From positions 107,262,001 to 107,326,000 of the forward strand of contig NC_058368.1 of assembly GCF_018350175.1 (NCBI RefSeq): a DNA stretch of 64,000 bases, given 5' to 3'. Positions 12,526 to 24,291 of the stretch are shown piece by piece. The notes below the pieces were generated by a model that saw only the letters and a program-made list of their open reading frames with translations, was not told the origin of the DNA and did no database searches. Both the position numbers and the translations under genes were made by a program. Position 1 is the stretch's first letter. Every line of letters begins with the position of its first letter. Origin of the DNA: Felis catus (taxonomy: Eukaryota).

Positions 12526-12789
12526 GTAATTTCTAGCAACTGAAGGAATTATTATGAGCCTTTTGGTGTAGCGTGATAAGTTTATATTCAGTGAAATATT
12601 ATACAATTCTTCTATGTGGATTTTCTCCATATCTCCAGTCAAATCAGATATATCCTACAAAAGCAACTACTCATAAAAGAAGGTTCCCTACTTTTTTTTG
12701 CCCCATCCTGGAGAACGATCATTTTTAAGAAGAAATCATATGGTGTTATTCACCAGCTGCTTAAAGTTAAGCATATTTGTTGCCTGTGT

Positions 12790-13160
12790 ATACTCTCCTC
12801 CTAGTCATTCTGAACTCTGCATTTCATCAAAATATCATTCTCTCTCTCAAGCCTTTAAGTGTTGCAAATTAATTTTTCTGATCTGGAACATTTTCTGCCA
12901 TGTCTCTCTTCCCTTTTACTTTGCACCTTTTGTTCCCTAAAACCTTAGCTCATAATTCCCAATCTGGAAAGCCTTTCCTCATTGCTCTGGGAAATTAGCC
13001 TCTTTTTCATCCATAGCTGCCTGCACACAGGCTTCCATTTCAGCACACATCACATTGTGCTTCCTCACACTGTCTGCCCCTGGAAAAGTGACAACTAGTT
13101 TTTGTCATCATGGAACCTCCACCGTGAGGCTGCTGCCCAGCTTTTGGTGGGTCAGTATAC
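12790..13160 (+). mobile_element. L2 fragment
   Basis: Pyrimidine-rich degraded L2 3' region (tctggaaagcctttcctcattg..., gctgcccagc). Confidence 0.45.
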
Positions 13161-13174
13161 CCTGGAGTTTAAAA

Positions 13175-13465
13175 AGTAGAGGCTGCAGACTTCAGCCCAC
13201 AGAGGTGTTTTGTTTGGTCCATTCATGGTTGGTTGGTTGGTTGGTTGGTGATTGATGGATTGATTGATTGCTTGTACCCAGTATTTAAAAGTTAGGTGAT
13301 AGCACATGTCCTAAAAATCTGGATTTCTGGCTATTTTTAAAAGTCAGAAGATATAGCAGCATTAGGCCCAACAGATTGGAGCTGACTTTTCAAGTAGGAC
13401 AAATACCTTTTCACTTAATCCCCTTCATCTATTTGCTCCTGACCCTAATCGAATTTGTGTCCCAC
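13175..13465. mobile_element. hAT-Charlie DNA transposon fossil, MER102-like, with internal (GGTT)n(GATT)n
   Basis: aaaatctggatttctggctatttttaaaagtcagaagatatagcagcattaggccc resembles recalled MER102. Confidence 0.55.
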
Positions 13466-13615
13466 CCCCACATTTAAATCCCAGATGCCCTAGAATAGAG
13501 TGCAAGACATCATATAGCTAATCCTAGAGTATCTGTGCATCTCAATAAGTATCTGTATGCTCTTACTTTACCCCCTTCACAATGTCTCAGAGCTTCCTTA
13601 AATGCCATGTTTCTC

Positions 13616-14075
13616 TGTGTCCATCCAATCAGACTTATAAATGAACTCAAGGGGTTTGCCGTTTGCGGTGCATTCACTTGAACACAACCCAAGGAAGTGT
13701 TGAAAGCAAACAACTTTTATTACTTACTACAAGTAAAGAGACGGGGAAATAGCTCTCGAAGCACTGTCTCTCCCTGGGGTTAGTGCAGGAATCTTTTATG
13801 TAGTGTGTTGGAGACAGGACAGGGAATGTGTACATATTAAGGGGAACTTACACATCTTCTGTTAAGCACTCCAGTTCAATTGCACATACCTAGCATGTCA
13901 ACATACTAGAACATACATCATACATATGTTTTTAAAATGGCAGAAAACCCTACCCACAGGAGGAGATTTTTGTATTATAATGAGCTAAAAGAAATTTCGG
14001 GACAACTCAGGGGGGTTTCTGCTAGGGTCCTCAGCTCCAGACCAGCTCAAACTGGCTCACATAAGAGGCTATCAG
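13616..14075 (-). mobile_element. Probable ERV LTR (boundaries approximate)
   Basis: Minus-strand AATAAA (ttttatt about 13714) and TATA-like (cttttat about 13793), aaaatggc motif; LTR-like composition. Confidence 0.45.
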
Positions 14076-14319
14076 GCAAAACACCTAGCTGGGTATCTCT
14101 CTTGGCGGGAATCGCAGGTTCTGCAAAACAAAACACATTTCTTCCTTGCTTTTGTTCCTTCTCCCTCCACTCTCCTACTGATAGCTCTCAGCCCTCCTAA
14201 TTTCTTGCATCCTAGCTAGCAGCAATGTGATTACTCATACATTGATAACTCTTTGGGTTGAGAGTGTGTCTTTTTTATTTGTGAATGTTATATAGCACAT
14301 AGATGTTCAATCAGTAGTA

Positions 14320-14629
14320 AAGCCGTGTCTCATTGTATTGCGCTTCACAGCTACCACAATTTTTACAAACTGAAGGTTTCTGGCAAATCTACCAGCATGT
14401 TATCCAACAGCATTTGTTCACTTTGTGTCTCTGTGTCAATAAAGCATGTTTAAATTTGGTGTGTACATGTTTTCTTAGATGTATCACACACTTAACAGCC
14501 TACAGTACAGTGGAAACTTAACTTATATGCGCCGGAAAACCAAAAAGTTAATTTGACTTGCTTTATTGCAATAATTGCTCTATGGCAGTGGTCCAGAACT
14601 GCACCTGCTGTGTCTCCCAGGTATGCCTA
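14320..14629 (+). mobile_element. Internally deleted Tigger1 (TcMar) element
   Basis: 5' part tattgcgcttcacag...tttacaaactgaaggtttctggcaa joined to 3' part cacacttaacagcctacagtacagtg...gctttattgc...tctcccaggtatgcct (TIR). Confidence 0.8.
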
Positions 14630-14834
14630 AAACGTGTTAATTAAGTAACTTTGACATGAAGTGTCTCTGTGGTATTACTGTATGACTCTCAGATTAAATT
14701 CTTTTCCATTCAATATTATATTGTAGCATTATAAGTTATTGTTCTGGAGGTGAGATGAGACAATAGGAGTACTCAGGGACCTAGAGATCTTCCTGAGGAC
14801 ACAGGGAAATGGATAGAACTGACTAACCCTCTGC

Positions 14835-14975
14835 TACTAAAACTCTTAACTTGCCTGCACATTACTTGGGGATCTTGTTAAACTGTAGTTCCTTATTCAG
14901 ATGGTCCAGGGTGGGACCTGAGAATGTGCATTTATAACAAGTTCCAAGGTGATACCCATGCTGACACCTTGGACA
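14835..14975. mobile_element. MER5A-like hAT MITE
   Basis: ggggatcttgttaaa...gggtgggacctgagaatgtgcatttataacaagttccaaggtgat. Confidence 0.7.
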
Positions 14976-15014
14976 GGAATTCCTATATATTTGACTCTTT
15001 AATAGAGAATTTCA

Positions 15015-15210
15015 GGGGCACCTGGGTGGCTCAGTCGGTTAAGCATCCAACTTCGGCTCAGGTCATGATCTCATGGTTCACGAGTTTGAGTCCTGCATTG
15101 GGCTTTCTGCTGTCAACACAGAGCCTGCTTTGGATCCTCTGTCCCACCCCACCCCCCTCTCAAAGATAAATAAATATTAAAAAAAAGAAAGAATTTTAAA
15201 AAGTTTTAGA
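15015..15210 (+). mobile_element. Can-SINE
   Basis: TSD aatagagaatttca 15001-15014 / 15211-15224. Confidence 0.9.
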
Positions 15211-16584
15211 AATAGAGAATTTCATGTTGGTTAAGTGGTAGACCACCTCTCTAGGACACATTGCAATCTGAAGAAAGGGCGGTGGGAGGTGTTTACAGGA
15301 GTTTGCTTAACTTTGGCCTTAATTATTCAGTGTGCCAAGAAAACTGAATACTGGACTCTGCATTACAAGTTTGTAATGGGCCAACAGATTCCCTGTGCAT
15401 AGTAAACATGGTACCTTTATGTATTTAGGATTCCCTTATTCTGAAAAAATGTTCACATAAAGGAAGACCCTTTGATTTCAGTTCAAGGGCAAGCCATCTG
15501 GCTCTCTCCTTGTGGAGTAATCAGGCTAATAGTGCCAGTGGCTTCATTGGAGAAAGCATAGAATGGCACTTTAAAATCTGTTCAGGGGCCTATTTTTAGA
15601 CTCTGGCAGTACAGGAAGGAGTGTTTATTTCATGTTGAATGCAACCTTCTACTTCAAACTAAAAATGTTTCTTTTCCTCTACTGAGTTGCTATCAAGTCT
15701 CCCAAGAAACACTGCCAGCTTTGCATATCCCTATCCTCTAAGATGATTAACTGTTTAAAATTGAAAAGCCCTAAAAATGCAAATCCTGCCACAGGCCCCT
15801 GATGGGGTAAAAAGACAACTCAAATAAAACGTTTCCAGATGGTTTAGGCATTATGTTCTTTATATTCTCCAAGCAAGGGAGGAATCCTAAACTGGACGAG
15901 TTGGTAAAAAGTCATTTTGAGGAATATTTCGCAGCTCTTTTTTTTCCCAAAAGCCCGTGAAGGCCGCTGCATAGTTGCTGGGTATCATACATTAGTGACA
16001 CTCTGCTGAGCAGCTGTTCATCCCTGGTGGGAGCTGCCTTAGCAGAAGGCTGGGATGGCTCATGTAGTCTCCTGGTTTTGAACGTTTATGCTCCTGATCT
16101 ATTTTGCAATCTCAAAATGTTGTCTTAACCTGACAGTTTCGAATGTGAGAGCAAGCTGTGTCTGTTAACCCAAATCAATGGCTCTATTGCTTAAGAAGAG
16201 TGCAGTTTTACCTTTATTACTAATATTGCGTTTTTATAGCAAAGAATCCTGAGCTGTCAGGTCTCTAACCATATACTACCTGAAATCACCCCCCTACACC
16301 ACCCCCTAGCAACATAGTTGCTTCTCTTTCTGACATTCCCTTAAAAGATAGCCCCTACCTTTTGAAAAGAGAGACATTCACATTACCGCTTATTTGTAAC
16401 TTTCAGCCACAAAATCTATAAAAATTGTGTTGCTTCAAAATACAGTAGGAGCCTGACCAAGTGTGTATTTTGAGCAGGTGTAAGGTTGTTTATTTGGTTT
16501 CCTACTTTGAGCCAGTGGAGGCCGTTTCAGCATCTAGGACATGTTAATCCCGAGGTACACTTGTCTACTGTTGAATACACATAT

Positions 16585-16745
16585 TTAGCATTTAAATAGC
16601 AATTTGCATTTTCAAAGTGTTTTCTAAACGTTAATTAGCATTTCTTCCCAGGATGCCTGTGAGATAGGTCACTGTCATTATCTCCATTTTACAGATCAGA
16701 AACATGGGATGGCAGAAGAGTGAAATAGAGTGGATTCATTGAACC
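16585..16745 (-). mobile_element. MIR fragment
   Basis: cctgtgagatagg...attatctccattttacagatcagaaac (MIR core). Confidence 0.65.
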
Positions 16746-16890
16746 AGCCTGCGAGTTCAAACGTGTGGCACTCTCTTGAGCATTGGTGCCCCTCCACCCA
16801 GTGTTCAGAGGGTGCTTACTATTAGTAAATGCAAAGATAGTTTTGCTTAAGCAGCAAAAGAACGAATTAGTAGAGAGTTTAGTTGACTAA

Positions 16891-17101
16891 TTTTTCAGTG
16901 TTTATTTATTTATTTATTTTGAGACAGAAAGAGAGAGAGAGTGGGGGAAAGGAGTAGAAGGAGAGACATAGAGAATCCCAAGCAGACTCACACAGTTAGA
17001 ACAGAACCTGACTCGGGGCTCAATCCCCCCAACCACAAGATCATGACCTGAACCCAAATCAAGAGTCAGAGGCTCAATGGACTAAGCCACTAAGGCGCAC
17101 C
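16891..17101 (-). mobile_element. Can-SINE
   Basis: T-rich tail, (GA)n, agaatcccaagcag..., flanked by tagttga repeats. Confidence 0.85.
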
Positions 17102-17606
17102 TAGTTGATTTTTACACGAACTAGCTCTCCTGTGTGTAAGCCAGCTGTGTCACATGGAGACCTGCTGACTGAAACCATAGAATAGGCTTGTTGGCATCAT
17201 CTCTGTGACATCAGGGAAATTGTTTTTAGTTATAAGGAAATACTTTTTATTTAGCATCCACTCTGCATGCAAATGATCTTAGAATCTACAAAGGTCATTG
17301 CTGTGACACCTATAAGGTGGTATTACCAATCCTGGTTGATGGATTTAAGGAATTAAGGTTTATAGGTTAAATTCCTTGTCCCTGTCACTTAACTGACTCA
17401 AGATAAGGCTTAAATCCAAACACAAGTTCACGAAGGGTTTACTTGTGGTGCCTAAATGTGCAAGTGATGAGGTTAAGTGTCAGTCTGGAGGGAGACTTTT
17501 CCTGGCAAACTACCCAGCATTGACTTCTCTTTCTCTTGTTCTTATCAGTGGCTTAGGCAAAGGCACAGAAAGCAAGCACGTCGTGTTTAACAACCCTGTG
17601 TAGATT

Positions 17607-17811
17607 GGGGCGTCTGGGCTGCTCAGTTGGTTAAGTGTCCAATCCTTCATTTTGGCTCACGTCATGATCGTGATCACACTTCATGGGATCGAGCCCCGTG
17701 TTGGGCTCTTTCCTGATGACACAGAGCCTGCTTGAGATTCTCTCCCACCCACCCCCCCGTCCCTGCCCCACTCACTCATGCTCTCTCAAAAAAATAAACT
17801 TTTAAAAAAAG
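17607..17811 (+). mobile_element. Can-SINE
   Basis: TSD aaccctgtgtagatt 17592-17606 / 17812-17826. Confidence 0.9.
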
Positions 17812-17868
17812 AACCCTGTGTAGATTAATAGCATAAATGTTAGGAGAATAAGAATACACTAAATTTTC

Positions 17869-18090
17869 TTTTTTAAAAAAATTTTTAAATGCTTATTTAT
17901 ATTTGAGAGAGAGAGACAGAGAGTGTGTGAGCAGGGGAGGGGCAGAGAGAGACAGAGACAGAATCTGAAACAGGCTCCAGGCTCTGAGCTGTCAGGACAT
18001 AGGTCGACGTGGGGCTCAAACCCACAAACCGTGAGGTCATGACCTGTGCCGAAGTCAGACGCTCAACCGACTGAGCCACCCAGGCACCTC
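17869..18090 (-). mobile_element. SINEC_Fc-type SINE
   Basis: TSD aagaatacactaaattttc 17850-17868 / 18091-18109. Confidence 0.92.
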
Positions 18091-18373
18091 AAGAATACAC
18101 TAAATTTTCAAAAAGCCAAAACAGTGAGGCAAATCAAATGTTATGCTAATCAGGCCACACTAAAGAGCTGGTGAGTGTTTAGTTTGGTTTATTATACTCT
18201 AAGAGTACTAAAGACCAGCAAAAACATGTTTAGAATAAGTAATTAGTGTGCCAATAGGAACTATTTAGGTTGTATAGCAGCAGATCCAACTGATCATAGC
18301 CCTCTTTTACCTGAAAATGTGTTGTGTGGAAGAAGGAATAGGATCTAGGTTTGGCTTATTATCACAGAATTCA

Positions 18374-18597
18374 GGGGTGCCTGTGTGGCTCAGTCGGTTA
18401 AGCACTCGACTTTGGCTCATGTCATGATCTCACAGTTGGTGAGCCGGAGCCCTGCTTCGGGTTTGTGCTGACAGCTCAGAGCCTGGAGCCTGCTTTGGAT
18501 TCTGTGTCTCCCTCTCTCTCTGCCCCTCCCCAACTTGTGCTCGGTCTCTCTGTCTCTCTCTCTCTCTCTCTCAAAAATAAATAAACATTAATTTTTT
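18374..18597 (+). mobile_element. SINEC_Fc-type SINE
   Basis: Full consensus head to A-tail. Confidence 0.9.
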
Positions 18598-18599
18598 CT

Positions 18600-19016
18600 A
18601 ATTCAACCAAGTAAATTTGAAGATCTGGTTGTCTTTATTAAACAATTCATGAATTGGCAGGACCCCACCTACCAAGGAGAGAGGCACTCGTAGGAGGTGT
18701 ACAAAATGGAAGGTGTTTACAGACAGAGGACTGGGCAAGAAAGCTATTAGTGAAAGAAAAGGATTGCTCCAAGTGAGGCTGCTTGCTAAGGGAAAAGCAA
18801 GGCGTCTTACACAGATTTCTTGATCTTTCTGTGGGGGATGGAAAGGACCTGGGTGACAAACTCGTAGGTGCTGATGGAAAGAAAAGTTTTCCTGACTTGA
18901 CTGGTTCAGGCCCCATTTTGGGGGAGGTTGAAAACTGCAATTTGTTGTGGATTAAGCCTGGGTTTGGGAACTCAGTGTAAGTGACACCATTTTAATCCTG
19001 CAGTTTTCTTTTTTCA
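18600..19016 (-). mobile_element. ERV1-type solo LTR (carnivore LTR-like)
   Basis: Minus-strand AATAAA (ctttatt about 18633); ends ...ccattttaatcctgcagttttctttttttCA; resembles recalled ERV1 LTR layout. Confidence 0.6.
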
Positions 19017-21049
19017 GTAGGCACTAGACCACTACCTGTTGGAATTAACACCAGTGGTTAAGAGTTAGAGGGCCAAAGATCTTAGGAGAGAACATCTTTA
19101 TGATGGTCAGCTATATCCAAGCAATAAATCAATGAACCAGCAAGGTACCAGATCCCAACCATTAAAGTCCCTTGAATGGTTTAGTGAATGGCAGGAGCAT
19201 GCCTTTGGAGCCTGACATGCAAGAGTGTGAGTCTGAACTCTACCACTGGCTCTGATGCTACCTTGCCCTTAAAGAAACAAGTAACCACAGGATCTACCTT
19301 ACATTAAATTTCCCGAAGTACTTCATGGCCAACAAGAGCAACTGGTAAATACTTAATATCAGTTTCTTAGTTTAAAGGGATCTAAATGGAATGCATTTAA
19401 CATCAGTTAGAGACTAGACAAGATGTGCTTCAAAGGGCTCAATATTATACCCTGGAGAGCCTTTGATTTCTTAATCAGGAGCAGACATTAAACAGGGGAA
19501 TAAATTTTTTAAGTGGTGATATTTCATAAAGGAAAGTACAAATGAGTGGAAAGTTTGTCTCCAAGCTTCTGCACCATGTCTCTGAAAGTGTTACTGAAGT
19601 GTAAAGAGAGAAAAAGAAAACTGTGGTCAGGGAGGTCTTTAGTATATTTTAAAAAATGTGTTCCTTAGTTGTGTATTAAGATGTTTTAAAGCATGTTGCA
19701 CCCAGAAGCTGTACCTGAGTCAAGTATAAATTTAGTTGTAAGTACTTTTCTTTTACATATTGGATCTTCTCTTCTGTGTCCTTTCAGCACGTTCAATTGA
19801 GGCATCATGAATAAATGAAATAAAAGCTGGAATGCAGCATCTTAATTATGTAATATGACTTTTCTCTGTAAGAATATAAATTAAATCTAATGACTTTAAG
19901 CAACCAAATTAGCATGTCAGTTATACTTAGCAATTTTTGTACACGTGAGTAGAGGTGTGAGGAGTGGGACGTGGGTATTGGCAGTATGTGAAAGGAAGAG
20001 CAAGGAAGGTTAGAGATGGGCATCGGTGATTGCTGTAGGTCAACCAAGAAATGTATCCAACGTAATTGGTTACTGGCAATACTTCCCATGGAACAGCATC
20101 TTGGTAGAAGTGCATACCTAATGTGACATGGAATGTTTCCAACCAAAAAATCTCTAATCTTAGTTTCTTTGTTTTGTTTTTGTTTTGTTTTGTTTTACAA
20201 AAATCATAGGCAGCATAGTGGTTTGAAAAGAGCTTGAAGGTGTCACCCTGGTTACAGAAAAGGGAGGCATATGTGTTGGAAGGATAATCTATTTTGAGAT
20301 TCATTAGCACCATTTAAAGACAATTCCATCTTAGAAGATGATTTCTGTCATATCTTGCATTCCAGTTTGGATCTAAATCTGGAACAGATTGAGTTTTTGC
20401 ATCCTATTTTTATTCATAGAGAGATTATGTAAATCAGAACCACAGATTTACTCATTTCAACAAAGCAGAGTTGAATCGACAGCAATCAAGTTCCCTGACC
20501 GTCTTATTCCCACTACTTGCCTTACTTAAAAGTAGTTCCTTAGAAGTCACAATGCAAGCAGACCCTCATCTTCCCACCACCATCTTCACTCCTGCCTGTC
20601 TGCACTCCTGTCTCCTCATTGTCTCTTATTGTAACACAGTGTCTTTTCTCCTATGCTTCCTGTCTCTGAGCCAAAGAGTTTTGATTGTTTCATTATCACA
20701 GAAGGAAGATGCTCAGAGACCTCCATTTCCCCCTCTCGTTAAGTACAACACTGTAACAGCTGCTAGAAGGGACCTATATTGGTTTCAGCCTCGCGCCTCC
20801 AGAAAGGAATCTTCAATTGTTAGTAAGGTTCTAACTTGGATGGCGTTGCTCACTTGGCCAAAGAGGGTAAAGGTAGAGGATGAAGGAGTGGCCAAGAGAG
20901 GGCGTTTCATCATAGTGGCAGCTAAACCTTTGGAGGGAAGACCGGGGCAGCTCCAGAATGTGGAGCAAAGTTTTCTGGTCCTTTTTATTACTTTCCAGCA
21001 GGTATAGCCTATGGGCTTACGGTGATATTCAGTTACTACTTATCTTCAT

Positions 21050-21450
21050 GGTGAAATGCTTGTTTATTATATGTTTACCATATGTCAGCCATTCTGAACA
21101 TGCTGTGTATACTGTGTAACCTTCATGATCATCATAATGTTTTCCACATTTTACTGGTACGAAAACCAGGATCAAGAAATATTAAACGAGGGGCGCCTGG
21201 GTGGCTCAATTGGTTGAGCGTCCGACTTCGGCTCAGGTCATGATTTCGTGCCACATGAGTTTGAAGCCCACATCAGGTTTGCTGCTGTTAGTCTGTCAGC
21301 ACAGAACCTACTTCAGATCCTCTGTCCCTCTCTCTTTTCCTCTTCTCTGCTTGCACTCTCCCAAAAATAAATAAATATTAAAAAAAGAAATATTAAATGA
21401 TATATGCTGGGTCCTATCAGGTGGTCTGATACCAGAGCCAGCCTACTCAT
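21050..21450 (-). mobile_element. MIR interrupted by a SINE
   Basis: tttaccatatgtcagcc...ccacattttactggtacgaaaacc...attaaatga. Confidence 0.5.
21190..21384 (+). mobile_element. Can-SINE
   Basis: TSD aagaaatattaaa(c/t)ga 21174-21189 / 21385-21400. Confidence 0.9.
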
Positions 21451-21753
21451 CCCTGTTGCAAGATTCTCAGTGATCTGTTTAGGAAGACAACATCAAGAAG
21501 CCTCAACAAAAAGTGTCCTGTTCTCCCATAGACACATATACTCAGTATGTTTAATGTGCCTTAGTTAAAATAACAAAGAGTAGAATGTATTAATCTGAGT
21601 CTTTTCTTATGAAAGTAAAGTCCCAAAGTGGCAGAACAGAATTCTTGGGTTCCATTTGGTGCTTTTTTTTCTCTGTGTATACTCCATAACGTGTGCTCTT
21701 TTCCCCTATGAAAATCTTTCTTATCATTATTCAAGTCTAAAGTATCCCATCTT

Positions 21754-21955
21754 GGGGCACCTGGGTGGCTCAATCAATTAAGCAGCCTACTCTTAATTTT
21801 GGCTGAAGTCATGATCTCATGGTTTGTCAGATCGAGTTCCACATGGGACTCCATGATGACAGAATGGAGCTTGCTTGCAATTCTCTCTCTACTCTGCCCT
21901 TCCCCCTGCTCCGCTCTCTCTCTCTCTCTCAAAATAAACAAACATTAAAAATAAA
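21754..21955 (+). mobile_element. Can-SINE
   Basis: TSD taaagtatcccatctt 21738-21753 / 21956-21971. Confidence 0.9.
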
Positions 21956-22099
21956 TAAAGTATCCCATCTTAAAAGAACACACATGTGAGAAAGGTAATT
22001 TTCTTGCAATACTTACATAATTTTGTGTTTTTGCATATAGATTAGTCATCATCCAGAATGTATATTTGCGGGTGTGTTCAAAATTAGGAATCAAATTTA

Positions 22100-22600
22100 T
22101 TTTTCCTATATTATGGACATAGCATTTGTTGAATAATCGCTTTACTTACCTATTAGATATACTACCCTTTAATTTATTAGATTTCCGTATATGTGTAGGT
22201 CTCTTTCTGTTTTTTTCATTCTATTGATCTATTTGTCTGTTCTTGTACTGTTACCATACTATTTACATTACTCAAAGAAATGTGATGACCTTCGTTTCAA
22301 AACTTTTCTGTCTAGTTTTTTTAAACCAAGGTAGATATTTTAGGGCAAGCCTGCCGAGTTACATTTTTTAAGTTGATATATTTTCGGGAACTGCCTTGTT
22401 TGTTTAAAAGGCCTTTTAATAAATTCTAATTAAGTAATTAATTTGTAACTAATATAGCAATTAATTTTTAAAGACTTGCTTCCTCATTCAGGATTTTGAT
22501 AAATTTTCTAATTTATTCAGAGTTTGTATTCTTAAATTCTCTTTAGTAACTATTACACATTTCTTACTAGGATTTTTGAAGGTACGTTGTAATGCATATT
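22100..22600 (-). mobile_element. Highly degraded L1 (L1ME-like)
   Basis: gcatttgttgaataa...gtatatgtgtaggtct...cattctattgatctatttgtctgttcttgtactgttaccatact. Confidence 0.55.
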
Positions 22601-22885
22601 ATAAAGTTGGCATGGTTATTTTGCAAAGTGTATCAGTCAATTACACAATCATTACAAACTTGTCACAATAAGAGAATGCTCAAGGCGTCTTCTCACCACT
22701 TTCATTTTAACATAATGCTTCTGATTTAGAATTGAGTGATTTTAATCCCTTACAATGTAGTTTGACTATTTTGTCTTTAAAAAAGACCCTAAAATTATTT
22801 TAGGGACTCAGAAATAAGATATTATCTAACATGAAAGCATCCTTAATTTTCCTGATAAAGGAGGGTCATAAGAAATCCTGAGTTC

Positions 22886-23081
22886 TGTGGTGCCTGGGTG
22901 GCTCAGTCAGTTAAGTGTCCAACTCTTGGTTTCTGCTCAGGTCGTGATCTCAGGGTTCATGGGATCGAGCCCCATGTCCAGCTCTGTGCTGACAGCTTGG
23001 AGCCTGTTTGGGGTTCTCTGTCTCTCCTCTCTCTCTGCCCTTCCCCCAGTCTCTCTCTCTCAAAATAAACAAACTTAAAAC
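22886..23081 (+). mobile_element. Can-SINE
   Basis: TSD aaatcctgagttc 22873-22885 / 23082-23094. Confidence 0.9.
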
Positions 23082-23188
23082 AAATCCTGAGTTCCAAAGT
23101 AAATAATTGAAAACCAAGTTTTCTGGTCTGTGTCAACTAACTTCCTAACCTACTGTCCTTCCTTGCTGTTATTTAAACCTTTAAGTTA

Positions 23189-23393
23189 GGGGCACCTGCG
23201 TAGCTCAATTGGTTAAGCCTCTAACTCTTGATTTCAGCTCAGGTTATGATCTCACAGTTCTTGAGATAAAGCTCTGCAGTGACAGGGCTGAGCCTGCTTG
23301 GGATTCTTTCCCTCTCTCCCTATGCCCTTCTCCCCTGCTGGTGTGCTCTCTCTCTCTCTTTCTCTTTCTCTCTCTCTCAAATTAAGACAAAAA
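23189..23393 (+). mobile_element. Can-SINE
   Basis: ggggcacctgcgtagctca head, (CT)n tail. Confidence 0.85.
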
Positions 23394-23814
23394 AACCCTT
23401 TAGATTGAGAAAACATGGTTAATAAAATATTAAAGCAATGATAATTTTAGAATGTGTTCAAACTGTACTATCTATATATCCTACCCAAGCTTTTCATGCA
23501 CTATTACCCCACTGAGAGTTACTGACCTCAGATGAATAACGCTTGATTTTTTTTTTTTTTTTTTACTAGAAAAATAGTTGAAAACAGTATCCTTGGGTAA
23601 TGTTTTGAATTTAGGTTAGAAAAGACTTTTATTTAATTATTATTTTGTCAATTGATTTTACTTCTCTTAAGAGCTTTTATCAGTAAATATGTCTATGTAA
23701 TAAATGTCATTCCTTGATTTGTTGGGACATTTATTAAACATTAACATATAACCGAAGATACATATTTTCTACATCTCTTATTTTAAACCGCTCATTTAAA
23801 TAATGTATCATTGA

Positions 23815-24024
23815 CGGGACGCCTGGGTGGCTCAGTCGGTTAAGCCTCCGACTTCAGCTCAGGTCATGATCTCACAGTTCATGAGTTCAAGCCCCACGTT
23901 GCTGTCTGTGCTGACAGCTCAGAGCCTGGAGCCTGCTTCAGATTCTGTGTCTCCTTCTCTCTCTGCCCCTCCCCTGCTCATGCTCTGTCTCTCTCTGTCT
24001 CAAAAATAAAGAAAAACATTAAAA
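23815..24024 (+). mobile_element. SINEC_Fc-type SINE
   Basis: Flanking repeat catttaaataatgtatcattga 23793-23814 / 24025-24046. Confidence 0.92.
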
Positions 24025-24080
24025 CATTTAAATAATGTATCATTGATATAAATATATTTAATGTTTTCACATAACTGTAA

Positions 24081-24291
24081 TTTTTAAAAAAATTTTAGTG
24101 TTTTTTTCATTTTTGAGAAACAGAGTGCAAGAGGGAAGGGGAGAGAGAGAGGAAGACACAGAATCTGAAGCAGGCTCCAGGCTCTGAGCTGTCAGCACAG
24201 AGCCCGAGGCAGGGCTGGAACCCAGAAACTGTGAGATCATGACTTGAGCCAAAGTCGGAACACTCCACCAAATGAGCCACCCTGGCACCTC
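24081..24291 (-). mobile_element. SINEC_Fc-type SINE
   Basis: Reverse consensus; flanked by aactgta. Confidence 0.9.

Noticed and set aside
20471..21007. 178-aa ORF, the second longest in the window
   Set aside because: TTG start, no recognisable domain, Leu/Ser-rich composition typical of non-coding DNA; PhyloCSF would be decisive
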